Sequence record: NC_023719.1
Direction: 5' to 3' (one strand)
Length of the DNA: 64,000 nt
A program made the translations under genes and the position numbers. Positions 10,267 to 19,864 of the stretch are shown one piece after another. Every line of letters begins with the position of its first letter. Positions within the stretch are counted from its first letter, which is position 1. The notes below the pieces were generated by a model. It ran no database searches, had not been told where the DNA came from, and saw only the letters and a list, made by a program, of their open reading frames with translations.

Positions 10267-11457
10267 TTGACAAGAATGAAGAATAAGTCTGTTTCATCAT
10301 CAAATAAAGGTTTTGCGGGCTGGATAGAAGATTTCATCACTGGTTTAGCTAATAAAGAGGCTAATTTAAATAATCAAAATACTGAAGAAGAAGTATTAGC
10401 GGAAATTAATCTTAAAGATTTAGATAAAGTTGTTTGGAAAGAAGAATCTTTTGGTGTTCATTTTGATGAAAAAGGTGCAAGTCTCATTAATGAATTTGGA
10501 AATGTAGTAAGAACTTTACAAGATTGCAAAACAATTGAAGAAGTCGATAAACAGCTTAATAGTAGTGAAGTTATTGTTGCGAGCGATGAAGGGTTTGATG
10601 ATGAAGAAGAAGATTTAACTATTGAGTTAGATAAGATCGCAAATTCTCTTGCTGAAGAAAATGTAGAAATGACTAACACTACACCTGAACATGTTGATAA
10701 TTCACAAAATACGGTTGTACCAGAACAAACTGAACAAGTAAACCAAACAGAACAAACTACAACTGCTTCTACAGAAGATGAAACTGAAAAAGTTGAAGAA
10801 AAAGAAGATGACGCTGTAATAGCAGCTATTGCTGATGGTTTTGAACAATTAGAAGCAAATGTTGCCGCGTTAACTGAACGTTTAGCTTTAATTGAGCAAG
10901 AATATGCTCGTAATCCAGTAATAGAAGATATTTCTACTAACTCTAATGAAGAAGAAGTTAAACATTTTACAGAAACTGCAGATGAAACTGCTAAAAATAT
11001 AGCTAATGAAAATGCTGTTGATATTACTTCCCCTGCTGGAAGAGTTGAATTATCTAACCAATCTAAAGAAACATCAGAAGTTCAAGATATTGTTACACAG
11101 GATACTCCAAAAACTACTGAAAATGTTGAACTTACTACTGAAGAATCTACTGAACAAGAATTAAAACAAGAAGATTCTGAAGCTGTAGAAGAAGTTAAAG
11201 AAGAAAAACCAGAAGAAAACAAAGAAGAAGAAAAAACTGCGAATACTCAAGATAATGAAGATATCGAAGAAGAACCAAAAGTTGAAAAACTTGCTGGCGT
11301 GGCAGAAAAGATTTTCCAAAAAGGTATTTGTCCTGAATCTGGAGAAGAATTAGTTAAATCTAAAACTGTTGGTAACTTCTTAGGTGTTTATTCTACTGCT
11401 GGTGTCGAGTATGCTGTTGATTTAAATTCTGGTGAAATTTTTAAATACTTAAAATAA
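10267..11457 (+). CDS. Acidic putative scaffold/core protein
   Basis: RBS AGGAG; very Glu/Thr-rich, short coiled coil; head module. Confidence 0.5.
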   Translation: MTRMKNKSVSSSNKGFAGWIEDFITGLANKEANLNNQNTEEEVLAEINLKDLDKVVWKEESFGVHFDEKGASLINEFGNVVRTLQDCKTIEEVDKQLNSSEVIVASDEGFDDEEEDLTIELDKIANSLAEENVEMTNTTPEHVDNSQNTVVPEQTEQVNQTEQTTTASTEDETEKVEEKEDDAVIAAIADGFEQLEANVAALTERLALIEQEYARNPVIEDISTNSNEEEVKHFTETADETAKNIANENAVDITSPAGRVELSNQSKETSEVQDIVTQDTPKTTENVELTTEESTEQELKQEDSEAVEEVKEEKPEENKEEEKTANTQDNEDIEEEPKVEKLAGVAEKIFQKGICPESGEELVKSKTVGNFLGVYSTAGVEYAVDLNSGEIFKYLK

Positions 11458-11565
11458 TCTAGATATTGAAAAAGAATTATAGCATGGTAATTAACTTATA
11501 AAAACAAAGTGCATATTATTTAATATTAGATTATTCAGAACTGTTACGAAGGAGAAAGTAATATA

Positions 11566-11922
11566 ATGAGTAGAAAAAGACGTTTAATAAGTCAATATGA
11601 TAATAATATGAATGATATGGACTTTTTAATGAGTTTAGATCCTGATTTAAGAGAATATTTTGATGACGGTAATCGATTATTAAAGACAAAATCGACTAAG
11701 AAGAAAAGAAAGAAAAAGGCCAGCTTCACAATCGGAGATCAAGTTGAAGTAAATGATTCATATGGTACAGTAATATTTGGTCCATATGAATCAGAAACTG
11801 GTAAAGATACTTATGAAATTGAATGTGAAGACGGTTCTATAGTTACATCAGAAGATGATGGTGTTTCAATTAAAGTATATGTAGCTCCAATTGAAGAACC
11901 AGAAAAAGATGATTTATTATAA
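11566..11922 (+). CDS. Hypothetical protein with SH3/KOW-like domain
   Basis: RBS AAGGAG; FTIGDQVEVNDSYGTV beta-barrel-like segment after KKAS. Confidence 0.5.
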   Translation: MSRKRRLISQYDNNMNDMDFLMSLDPDLREYFDDGNRLLKTKSTKKKRKKKASFTIGDQVEVNDSYGTVIFGPYESETGKDTYEIECEDGSIVTSEDDGVSIKVYVAPIEEPEKDDLL

Positions 11923-11936
11923 ACGGAGTTGTTATT

Positions 11937-12203
11937 ATGAAACGTTTAATTAGCAAAACCGCTGCACGTTATGCTGCTTCAGGTGAGATGGAAAAACTAA
12001 TTGGCTACTTAGTTACAAGAAGTTCTGGTTTAAGATTAGAAAAACAACATTTTGATGATATTATCGAGCATTTTAATGAGAATGGCGGAAGTTTAAAAGG
12101 TATACAAGGTAAAGAAAAAGAAGATAAAGGTTTTTATTATGAAAAGCTTCATAACTCTATAGATAAGATTTTGAAAAAACACAAACTAAAAAATAAAAAT
12201 TAA
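11937..12203 (+). CDS. Small hypothetical head-associated protein (MKRLISKTAA tag)
   Basis: RBS CGGAG; tag motif. Confidence 0.55.
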   Translation: MKRLISKTAARYAASGEMEKLIGYLVTRSSGLRLEKQHFDDIIEHFNENGGSLKGIQGKEKEDKGFYYEKLHNSIDKILKKHKLKNKN

Positions 12204-12335
12204 TTACTAAAATTGGTGTTTTCTTAAAAGAAAATACCTTTTTTTTATAAAAAGAGTTATCATAATAAGATAATTAACATATTATATCCTTGAAGACAAT
12301 TAGAACGTTTTATTTTAGAGAAGGTGGTGTAACAC

Positions 12336-14282
12336 GTGAGTGATCGTATCATCACGAATTTTACAGAAAAAGATTTCCAAATGGCTAAGCAAGCAGCATC
12401 AAAACCTAATGGCATGTCTAATAACCATGGCGGCGGAAGTTTGATGCGTAGTGCGTTGTTACAAGATAAGAACGGTTTACCTAAAAATATACAAAGAAAA
12501 ATGGCTTCCCCTTCAGTAGGTATGGGTAATATATCTATGGGTAACCCAAGTTTCTATCACCCAGTATTCCAAAACATGAACATCATGTTGCCACGTGATA
12601 GACGCGAAAGAAATGAATGGTGTAGACATTTCTATAGAACAGAACCAATTATAGCTACTTCATTAGATCTTCATACAGAATTCCCGATTTCAGATTTTAA
12701 CAATGTTGTATCTGATGATGGGATTAAAGAGTTTTTTGATTACATGGCATTTGAAAGATTAGACTTAGTTAATTTATTGTTAGATATTGGTTTGGAGTAT
12801 TGGAAATTAGGAGATGTATTCCCATTTGGTCAATTAAATGAACAAGACGGTATGTGGGAAAGATTTGTTATTTTAAATCCTGACTATGTTGACATAAAAG
12901 CATCTATATTAGCTGGTGATCCAGTTATTGAATTAATACCTGACGAAACTGTAAAAGCTATTATTGATGCTGGTCCTCGTGGCGATTACTCTAGTATTTA
13001 TAGTCAATTCCCAGAGGATGTAGTGAGACAAGTGAGAATGGGAAGAAACATTAGACTTGATAATAGATTAGTTTCTCACATTGCTCATAAAGCGTCTCAA
13101 TATGAGACTTGGGGAACTCCAATTATGATGCGTTGTTTCAAAACTTTAATCTATAAAGACAAACTAAGAGAAGCTCAAAACGCAATTGCGAGTAGACATG
13201 TTACTCCATTAAGGATATTCAAAGTTGGCGCACCAGGTGAACCTATGCCTTCGCAAGAAGATTTAGATTCTTTACGTGATACTTTAATCCAAGCTGATGA
13301 TGATCCAAACTTCATGCTTGTATATCACTATGCATTACAAACTGACTATGTAGGTTCTGCTGGTAGAATTTTACCATTAAACCAAGAATTTGATTTCATT
13401 CAAAAAGAGCTTATGAACGGTTTAGGCATTAACCAAGCTATGTTAAACGGTGAAGGTCCAACATATTCAAATGCTCAAGTTGGTATGGATGCATTAGCTA
13501 GAAGATACATGTCATATCGTTTAAGATTAGAGTCTTGGATTAGACAAAAAGTTTATAGACCAATTTCTGAAATACAAGGTTTTTATAAACCTACAAATGG
13601 CACTGTCGCAAGAAGATACTTAAGTTCAAAAGAACAAAGAAAACTTGCTGATAGAAAAGAAATGCAATTAATTGTTCCTGAGATTTCTTGGAGTCAACAA
13701 GATTTAACTTCAAATCAATCTGTTCTTAACTTTATTCAACAATTACAATCTAAGGGACTTGTTTCTATGAGCACGATATTACCAATGCTTAAACTTGACC
13801 CAGAAACAGAGCGTAAAAATCTTGAGCAAGAACGTGGTTCTGTATTTGATACTAATGCTCCTAAAGCACCAAGCGGTGGAGGCGCACCTGGAGGACCTAG
13901 TGGTGGAGCACCAAAACCTCCAACAACGCCTGACAGCCCTGGCCCTAATAATGGAAATAAACCGGGCGGGCCACCAACGCCAGGTGGGCCAAAAGGAAAT
14001 GATGCGCCGGGTAAAGCTGATCCAAGTTCATTTGGATTCCCAGGTAAAGGCGCTCCTCCTGAAAACAAAGCTCCATCGCCAAATGATAAGAGTCAAGGTG
14101 ACAGTCCAGCTCCTACACCATCGTCTGCACCTACGCCACCACCAGTTGGACCAAAGCACTCTAGTTTATCGGATTTTTTAGCAAAAGACGGGGTTCAAAA
14201 AGAAGAGAAGATAGCGTCTATGGACTCCCGTTCTTCAGTAAAAGTCAGACGCTATCAGAAGGAAGACAAGACGGAGAAATAA
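12336..14282 (+). CDS. Portal protein with Pro/Gly-rich C-terminal tail
   Basis: Position between terL and protease; YRTEPIIATSLDLHTEFP and FGQL..W..F..LNPD portal-like segments. Confidence 0.8.
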   Translation: MSDRIITNFTEKDFQMAKQAASKPNGMSNNHGGGSLMRSALLQDKNGLPKNIQRKMASPSVGMGNISMGNPSFYHPVFQNMNIMLPRDRRERNEWCRHFYRTEPIIATSLDLHTEFPISDFNNVVSDDGIKEFFDYMAFERLDLVNLLLDIGLEYWKLGDVFPFGQLNEQDGMWERFVILNPDYVDIKASILAGDPVIELIPDETVKAIIDAGPRGDYSSIYSQFPEDVVRQVRMGRNIRLDNRLVSHIAHKASQYETWGTPIMMRCFKTLIYKDKLREAQNAIASRHVTPLRIFKVGAPGEPMPSQEDLDSLRDTLIQADDDPNFMLVYHYALQTDYVGSAGRILPLNQEFDFIQKELMNGLGINQAMLNGEGPTYSNAQVGMDALARRYMSYRLRLESWIRQKVYRPISEIQGFYKPTNGTVARRYLSSKEQRKLADRKEMQLIVPEISWSQQDLTSNQSVLNFIQQLQSKGLVSMSTILPMLKLDPETERKNLEQERGSVFDTNAPKAPSGGGAPGGPSGGAPKPPTTPDSPGPNNGNKPGGPPTPGGPKGNDAPGKADPSSFGFPGKGAPPENKAPSPNDKSQGDSPAPTPSSAPTPPPVGPKHSSLSDFLAKDGVQKEEKIASMDSRSSVKVRRYQKEDKTEK

Positions 14283-14335
14283 TAATTGTAGAACAGGGCT
14301 GGAGAGAATTGCTTGAGAGAATGGGGGTGAGCAAA

Positions 14336-15685
14336 ATGGTTAAGCAATACATTTTATCAATAGATAGTGAAATGAAAGAATATTTTGGTGAAAAAATTTC
14401 ACTCCTTGAAAATCAAATGAAGGATGTTTTCTCTCAAGCAAATCTAGCTATTAATAATTCAAGTTATTTATATTTAATAGAAAACTTCATAAAAGACATT
14501 CTAGATACAAGTATTTCACTAATTGATTATTATGTTGATGGTATTTACAATAGTGGAAAAACAGTCAGTAGGAAAAAATTGAAATTGCAAAAACAAATCC
14601 CAGATGATGGAGAAAGATACGCGTTTACTGATAAAGATAAGTTATTTATTGAAAAATACAAATCAGAAAAATTAGTATCGTTACAATTAGAATTACAAAA
14701 AGCAATATTTGCATATATCGAAAACAAATTATCTAATGAAATTGATAACAATGATTCAAAAGTTATTGATTTAATTAAAGAAGACCTAGATAGCTCTTAT
14801 GAAGAAATTATAGATATTTTAGTTAGAGAAATACTAATGTTATTTAAAAGATCCCAAATAGAAGAGTATAAAAATTTAAATATCAAAGAAATATCTATAA
14901 TCACTGAAGATGAATCACTATGTTGTCCAGTTTGTATAGCTAAGTCTAATAAAATTTTAAAAATAGATGAAGTAATTAACGATTTTGGTTTAAAGGATGG
15001 TAATCACCATTCATTCTGTAATTATTCGTTAGATCCAATAATTAGTCTTGGTAAAAATGAAGAACTAAATAATGAAGTTAATACAAATATTGATTTTAAT
15101 ATTTTATCTTTATCTTTTAAAAATGTACCAATTGAACTTGAATATAGAATTAATAAGTTAGTAAGTAAATTTAAGATATATGGTAAGAAGTATTTAAGAG
15201 AAATTGAATTTAATTTTGTTAAAAACATCACAGAAGAAAACGATTGGTTTAATTCTGTTAAGTCTCATTATTCAAACTCTGAAAACAAATCTGCTATTGA
15301 TAATGTTTTACAGGCTCAGGATGATTTAAAAGATAAAACTATGTCTTTTGATTTTAATGACAAATGTTATATATCTATCAATTCGCTCGATTATCAATCT
15401 GTAGAAGAAATTATTACTAGAAAACTTATGAATGATTCATTAGTTATTGATAATTGGGTAACTGATAGATATCAAACTAAGATAGATAGTAAGTATGTTG
15501 GAAATGGTATTGTGATATATCAAGATCCGTTTGTAAATCAACTGGCTCAAGATTCACCTTTTGATTATTTATTAGAATCAATTATTGTTTATGTAAATAA
15601 ACCTAAGCAATTAGAAGTATTAGACAAGGAAATTTTTGATTACATTAAAGAAAAAATCTTCAATGGAATTCAATTTTTTAAGTAA
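14336..15685 (+). CDS. Head morphogenesis (SPP1 gp7/MuF-like) protein with extra C-terminal domain
   Basis: Directly after portal; CCPVC...HHSFC resembles the MuF C-x2-C...HPxC motif; start moved to ATG 14336 (RBS GGGGGTGA). Confidence 0.5.
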   Translation: MVKQYILSIDSEMKEYFGEKISLLENQMKDVFSQANLAINNSSYLYLIENFIKDILDTSISLIDYYVDGIYNSGKTVSRKKLKLQKQIPDDGERYAFTDKDKLFIEKYKSEKLVSLQLELQKAIFAYIENKLSNEIDNNDSKVIDLIKEDLDSSYEEIIDILVREILMLFKRSQIEEYKNLNIKEISIITEDESLCCPVCIAKSNKILKIDEVINDFGLKDGNHHSFCNYSLDPIISLGKNEELNNEVNTNIDFNILSLSFKNVPIELEYRINKLVSKFKIYGKKYLREIEFNFVKNITEENDWFNSVKSHYSNSENKSAIDNVLQAQDDLKDKTMSFDFNDKCYISINSLDYQSVEEIITRKLMNDSLVIDNWVTDRYQTKIDSKYVGNGIVIYQDPFVNQLAQDSPFDYLLESIIVYVNKPKQLEVLDKEIFDYIKEKIFNGIQFFK

Positions 15686-15696
15686 GGTGTTTAGAT

Positions 15697-16071
15697 ATGA
15701 ATGATAATAAAAATTTAGCAATTATTTGTGATATACGAAATAGGACTCCAATTGGAGTAATATGTTCTTGTCCAGTTACAGGCGATCTAGCTTTCTCAAC
15801 AGAGAATAAAATGTTAGAAGAAACATTAGAAATAATTCTTAGCAGTAAATCATTTCTTTATTCAAAAGAAAAAGTAAATGAACAATCAATGATAAATAGA
15901 GAAGAAATCAATCCCAATGATCATTATTACTTGATGGCAATTGATTTCTCTCTGCCATTTCCTTGGAGAATACTAGGAATAACTTCTGTAGAAGGGGATA
16001 TAGAACAAATAGTAGGAAATGCCATTGAAATGCTAAAAGAAGGAGGAAACAATTTTGAAACGATTGATTAA
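15697..16071 (+). CDS. Hypothetical protein
   Basis: ORF with RBS AAGGTG. Confidence 0.5.
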   Translation: MNDNKNLAIICDIRNRTPIGVICSCPVTGDLAFSTENKMLEETLEIILSSKSFLYSKEKVNEQSMINREEINPNDHYYLMAIDFSLPFPWRILGITSVEGDIEQIVGNAIEMLKEGGNNFETID

Positions 16072-16369
16072 AAAGTCTAACCATGTTGAACCATCTATTC
16101 ATAATGAGGTGGAAGACAAGATTATACATCCAAACACAAATATAAATGAGAATCAAAACCCATCATTTTTATTAACAAGACAACTATTTGCAGATACTGC
16201 TTTCACGCCTACTGCAACTATTAGTTATCAATTTGCTAGAAAAATTGAAAATGGTGAGTTTAGTCACCTTGGTTCTATTGAAGAAGCAAGGGGTAATTGG
16301 TCAGAATGGTTGAACGCTTTAGATAGTTTTTTAGAAGAATCAGGTCACAAAGGTTTAAAAAAAAACTAA
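16055..16369 (+). CDS. Hypothetical head-associated protein (MKRLIKKS tag), 0-frame part
   Basis: RBS GGAGG; ends at an A9 run plus TAA. Confidence 0.6.
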   Translation: MKRLIKKSNHVEPSIHNEVEDKIIHPNTNINENQNPSFLLTRQLFADTAFTPTATISYQFARKIENGEFSHLGSIEEARGNWSEWLNALDSFLEESGHKGLKKN

Positions 16370-16455
16370 GATTAGCAGCAAATCAAAATAATTTCTATGG
16401 CGATAAATATGTTGATTCTTTATCTAGTGATAATTATTTAGATAGAGAAAAAGAT

Positions 16456-16701
16456 ATGCCAAATAGACCAGCAAAATCCCCAAGGACAGAAAAAGAGCAT
16501 TTTATAAATGAAAGTTTTCAAATCGCTAAAGATTTAATTTATAGTTTGCCGATTGTACCTAGATATGATTTAATATCTCAATTAGCACAAGATATTGAAC
16601 GTGGAGACTTTGATGATTTAGGTGGCTTCTCAGAAAATAGACAAGGTTACTTAGATAGAGCTAAAACAATATTACGCTTAAGAAATATTATTATAAGTTA
16701 G
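16456..16701 (+). CDS. Hypothetical protein; probably the -1-frame continuation of 16055, with a paralogous domain
   Basis: Frame open from the A9 run at 16357-16365; LAQDIERGDFDDLG resembles FARKIENGEFSHLG of 16055; weak RBS. Confidence 0.55.
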   Translation: MPNRPAKSPRTEKEHFINESFQIAKDLIYSLPIVPRYDLISQLAQDIERGDFDDLGGFSENRQGYLDRAKTILRLRNIIIS

Positions 16702-16839
16702 TTTTCTATATAAAAAATGTTGGTTATTACTGACATTTTTTATTTTTTTGTAATAATAGATAAGAATAACAGTATTGATTATAAGAAGATTGTTTTTATT
16801 TGTTATATTTAAAAGAAAATTTGTGGTGGTGAACACGAA

Positions 16840-17742
16840 ATGATAAAATATACATTTCCTGTTAAGATTGCAGGACATAGTAATATGGTATCAAAAGTTA
16901 CATTAGAGAAGAATAGAAGACCAGACTTATCTTTATTAAATAAATCCAATTCGCTTGGTTTAGTGAAAACAGCTGCTAAGGTTGTAAAGATTGCTCCTAA
17001 AGAAGATGATTTTTTATATGTTCGAGTTAGAGCGGTATCTGCGGGTAATGTTATAGAACACAAAAATGGTTTTGCTGAATTAGTTGAAATGCAAGATCTT
17101 ATGAATAACTTAGATAAATACGCGGAGAAAATTCGTGGAGCAAATGATAACGGGGATTTTTTCTCTTACGATGAATTAAAAAGAACTTATAAAACATTTA
17201 TTGGTAAAGCAGCATTCGTTGATCATCAAAATGAAAATGTTGAAGAAGCTAGAGGGATTATTTTAGATGCTATTTGGAATGAGCGTGGTAAATTTGTAGA
17301 ATTACTTATCGCTGTTGATAAAAAAGCATTCCCTGAACTAACTCGTGGAATTGAAATGGGATATATCTCTGATGTTTCAATGGGATGTCGTTGTGAAAAA
17401 TCGATTTGTTCTATTTGCGGAAATGAAGCCATTGTTGAAGAAGATTTCTGCGATCATATTTTAACCGCTAAAGGTAGAACTATTGATAACAAACCTGTTT
17501 TTGAAGATAACTTAGGTATTGAATTTTTTGAAATCAGTTTTGTTAGTCAAGGTGCAGATAGACAAGCTAAAATCCTAGAGAAAGTTGCATCTAAATCTGG
17601 TATTAAAGGTATTGAAGCATTAACAAATGATATTTCTAAACCAGAATCAGTGTTATTAAAAATAGCTAGTGAAAAAAATAAGCGCGAAGATGCTAAATCA
17701 GTATCATTTAAAGATAAGCTTAACAACCTCCCTTGGAGTTAA
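16840..17742 (+). CDS. Prohead (capsid maturation) serine protease with Cys/His insert
   Basis: FVDH, DVSMGC, FEISFV..GAD..AKI assemblin/HK97-type motifs; CSICGN..CDH insert; EKVAS near the C-terminus. Confidence 0.8.
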   Translation: MIKYTFPVKIAGHSNMVSKVTLEKNRRPDLSLLNKSNSLGLVKTAAKVVKIAPKEDDFLYVRVRAVSAGNVIEHKNGFAELVEMQDLMNNLDKYAEKIRGANDNGDFFSYDELKRTYKTFIGKAAFVDHQNENVEEARGIILDAIWNERGKFVELLIAVDKKAFPELTRGIEMGYISDVSMGCRCEKSICSICGNEAIVEEDFCDHILTAKGRTIDNKPVFEDNLGIEFFEISFVSQGADRQAKILEKVASKSGIKGIEALTNDISKPESVLLKIASEKNKREDAKSVSFKDKLNNLPWS

Positions 17743-17764
17743 AATTTTATAAAGGGGAAATATT

Positions 17765-18253
17765 ATGAGTAAAAAAATATCACGTCTTAAGAAAACAGCA
17801 TTAATGCCTACTCAAATGTTTGAATCTCAACTAGATCAAATTAGCGACAAAGGGAGAGATGTTTTAAAAGCTTTAGAAGATTATAAGTTCTTTGTTGACC
17901 AAACTTCAAGAGTTATGAAAAATGATCCAGCTTTAATTGAAGTTATTGTTGGTAAGAAAAAGAATTTAGAGGAAGCATCTGCTAAAATTTATGATATAGT
18001 TTTTGATATTGAAAATCTTGACATTTCTGCTTTGTATGAAAGACAAGAAGAAAAGACTAATGAAAACCAAGGTATTCAAGTTCCTGAAAGTCAAGATGAT
18101 TCCAATAAGGAAGAGGTCAAGGAAGAACCTGAAAAAGATTCCAATGAGGAAGTTCCTAAAGAAGAAAACAAAGAACAAGAAAATCCTAATGAATCTAAAG
18201 ATGAGAATACTAAGAATGAAGAAAAACAGGAAGAAAAAGATAAAAAAGAATGA
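17765..18253 (+). CDS. Hypothetical head-associated protein (MSKKISRLKKTA tag), acidic tail
   Basis: RBS AAGGGG; tag motif; Glu/Lys low-complexity C-terminus. Confidence 0.55.
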   Translation: MSKKISRLKKTALMPTQMFESQLDQISDKGRDVLKALEDYKFFVDQTSRVMKNDPALIEVIVGKKKNLEEASAKIYDIVFDIENLDISALYERQEEKTNENQGIQVPESQDDSNKEEVKEEPEKDSNEEVPKEENKEQENPNESKDENTKNEEKQEEKDKKE

Positions 18254-18267
18254 GAGGGAGAATTGAA

Positions 18268-19728
18268 GTGGAAGAAAAGTTCGATGCGAGAAAAAAATTA
18301 GCAAGAGCCGAACAACAAGAATACGCTCACCAATACACTCCAAAGACAAGGGAAGAAAATTATCAATACCCCGATGAAGATAAAAGATTTACTAACAAAG
18401 TTAAAGATGAAACAAATCTATATGGTGTACAACCAGAAGATTCTGTCTTTGCCGGCCCAACTGAAGGTAGAATAAAAGCGATTGTTGATGTGAAAAAAGT
18501 AACTGAAGATCATAGACAACGCTCTTATAAGATTAAGACTCAACCTCCAATTTTTAGTAGAACTGATATTGATAAGACTGAAGATGTTAACAACACTCAT
18601 CGTGAAGATGAAATCAATAAATTAAGAGAAACTTCTAAATCATTTGCTCAGCAAATTGAAAAAGAACAAAGTGTTGATATTTCAAATCCTATTGAAAGAT
18701 TTTCAGAAGAAATTGATCCCTCACTTGGTGAAGATGATTGTGAAATCGTATTTAATGTTGGCGATCAAGTTGTTGATGTTGAAGAAAATATTAATGGTAA
18801 AATTACTTTTGCAAATAGTAAGAGATTATCTGTTGTTTGGGAAGATAATACAAAAGAAAGATTTGCTATTAAAGAAGCAAAAGAATTCTTAAAAATAACA
18901 AAAGCTTATGTTGGCGATGTTCAAGAACAGATTGATCCTATACACACTGAAGATTGGCCTAAAAATGAAGTGTTAGAGAATAAAATTGATAACACTCTTA
19001 GTTCCATGGAGCAAGAAGAAGAAATCGACCAGAAAACAGCTAATATAGATTTAGAAAAAATTAAACTGCAAAGACAGGTTAATGAACTAGAAAATAAAGT
19101 AAATGAAATAGATGTTATGAAAGTTAAAACTAAAGCTGCTAATGAAGTTATCACACTTATGCAGAAAAAAGGTATATTAAGTAATAACGAAGCTGAAGTT
19201 AAAAATCAATTTGACTCTATTATAGAAATGGACGATGTTTCTTTTGAGGCATTTAAAAATGCAATTATTTCTAAAAAGGTTCTTGACGATGACATGTATG
19301 CTTTCTTAGATGAAGAAGAAGATTTTTCTGACATCGAAGATGGTAATGAATTCGCAAAACAAAGAGAAGAGATCAAAAAAACAGCTAAGAGCGCGCCTAG
19401 ATCATTAGGTGGAATCGAAATGGGTGACACTAGTTTATTTGAAAATGGTGGATTATCTAACTTCAAAGGTAATATTGGAGATTTCTCTGGTGCAGCGACT
19501 TCTATGAGTTCATCTACTAAAGAATCAAGAAGTTTATCTGCAGCTGCAGAAGGGAACAAAAGAAAACCTATTGAAAGAAAATCAAACTCATTAGATATGT
19601 CAGGTTTCCAAGATATACAAGGTCTAAAGACACCAATTAATATTCCAAATAGAGAATTATCTGCAGGTAAAAAATTCTCTGAATTATTTAGTGATGGATT
19701 TGGTTGGTCAGGAGTACCAAAAAGATAA
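18268..19728 (+). CDS. Putative capsid scaffolding protein
   Basis: After the protease; coiled coil LEKIKLQRQVNELENKV; acidic; GTG start chosen from RBS GAGGGAG. Confidence 0.5.
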   Translation: MEEKFDARKKLARAEQQEYAHQYTPKTREENYQYPDEDKRFTNKVKDETNLYGVQPEDSVFAGPTEGRIKAIVDVKKVTEDHRQRSYKIKTQPPIFSRTDIDKTEDVNNTHREDEINKLRETSKSFAQQIEKEQSVDISNPIERFSEEIDPSLGEDDCEIVFNVGDQVVDVEENINGKITFANSKRLSVVWEDNTKERFAIKEAKEFLKITKAYVGDVQEQIDPIHTEDWPKNEVLENKIDNTLSSMEQEEEIDQKTANIDLEKIKLQRQVNELENKVNEIDVMKVKTKAANEVITLMQKKGILSNNEAEVKNQFDSIIEMDDVSFEAFKNAIISKKVLDDDMYAFLDEEEDFSDIEDGNEFAKQREEIKKTAKSAPRSLGGIEMGDTSLFENGGLSNFKGNIGDFSGAATSMSSSTKESRSLSAAAEGNKRKPIERKSNSLDMSGFQDIQGLKTPINIPNRELSAGKKFSELFSDGFGWSGVPKR

Positions 19729-19739
19729 ACTATTTTACT

Positions 19740-19771
19740 AAGCTATAGGTAATTAGACCTATAGCTTTTTT
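19740..19771 (+). terminator. Rho-independent terminator
   Basis: AAGCTATAGGT-aattag-ACCTATAGCTT plus T run. Confidence 0.85.
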
Positions 19772-19864
19772 GTTAGACAATGGTAATATTATAGAAATTC
19801 AAAGATCATGTATTAAATTAACGGAGGTTTAGGCTTCCAAAATATATTTAAGAGGTGAATTTTT

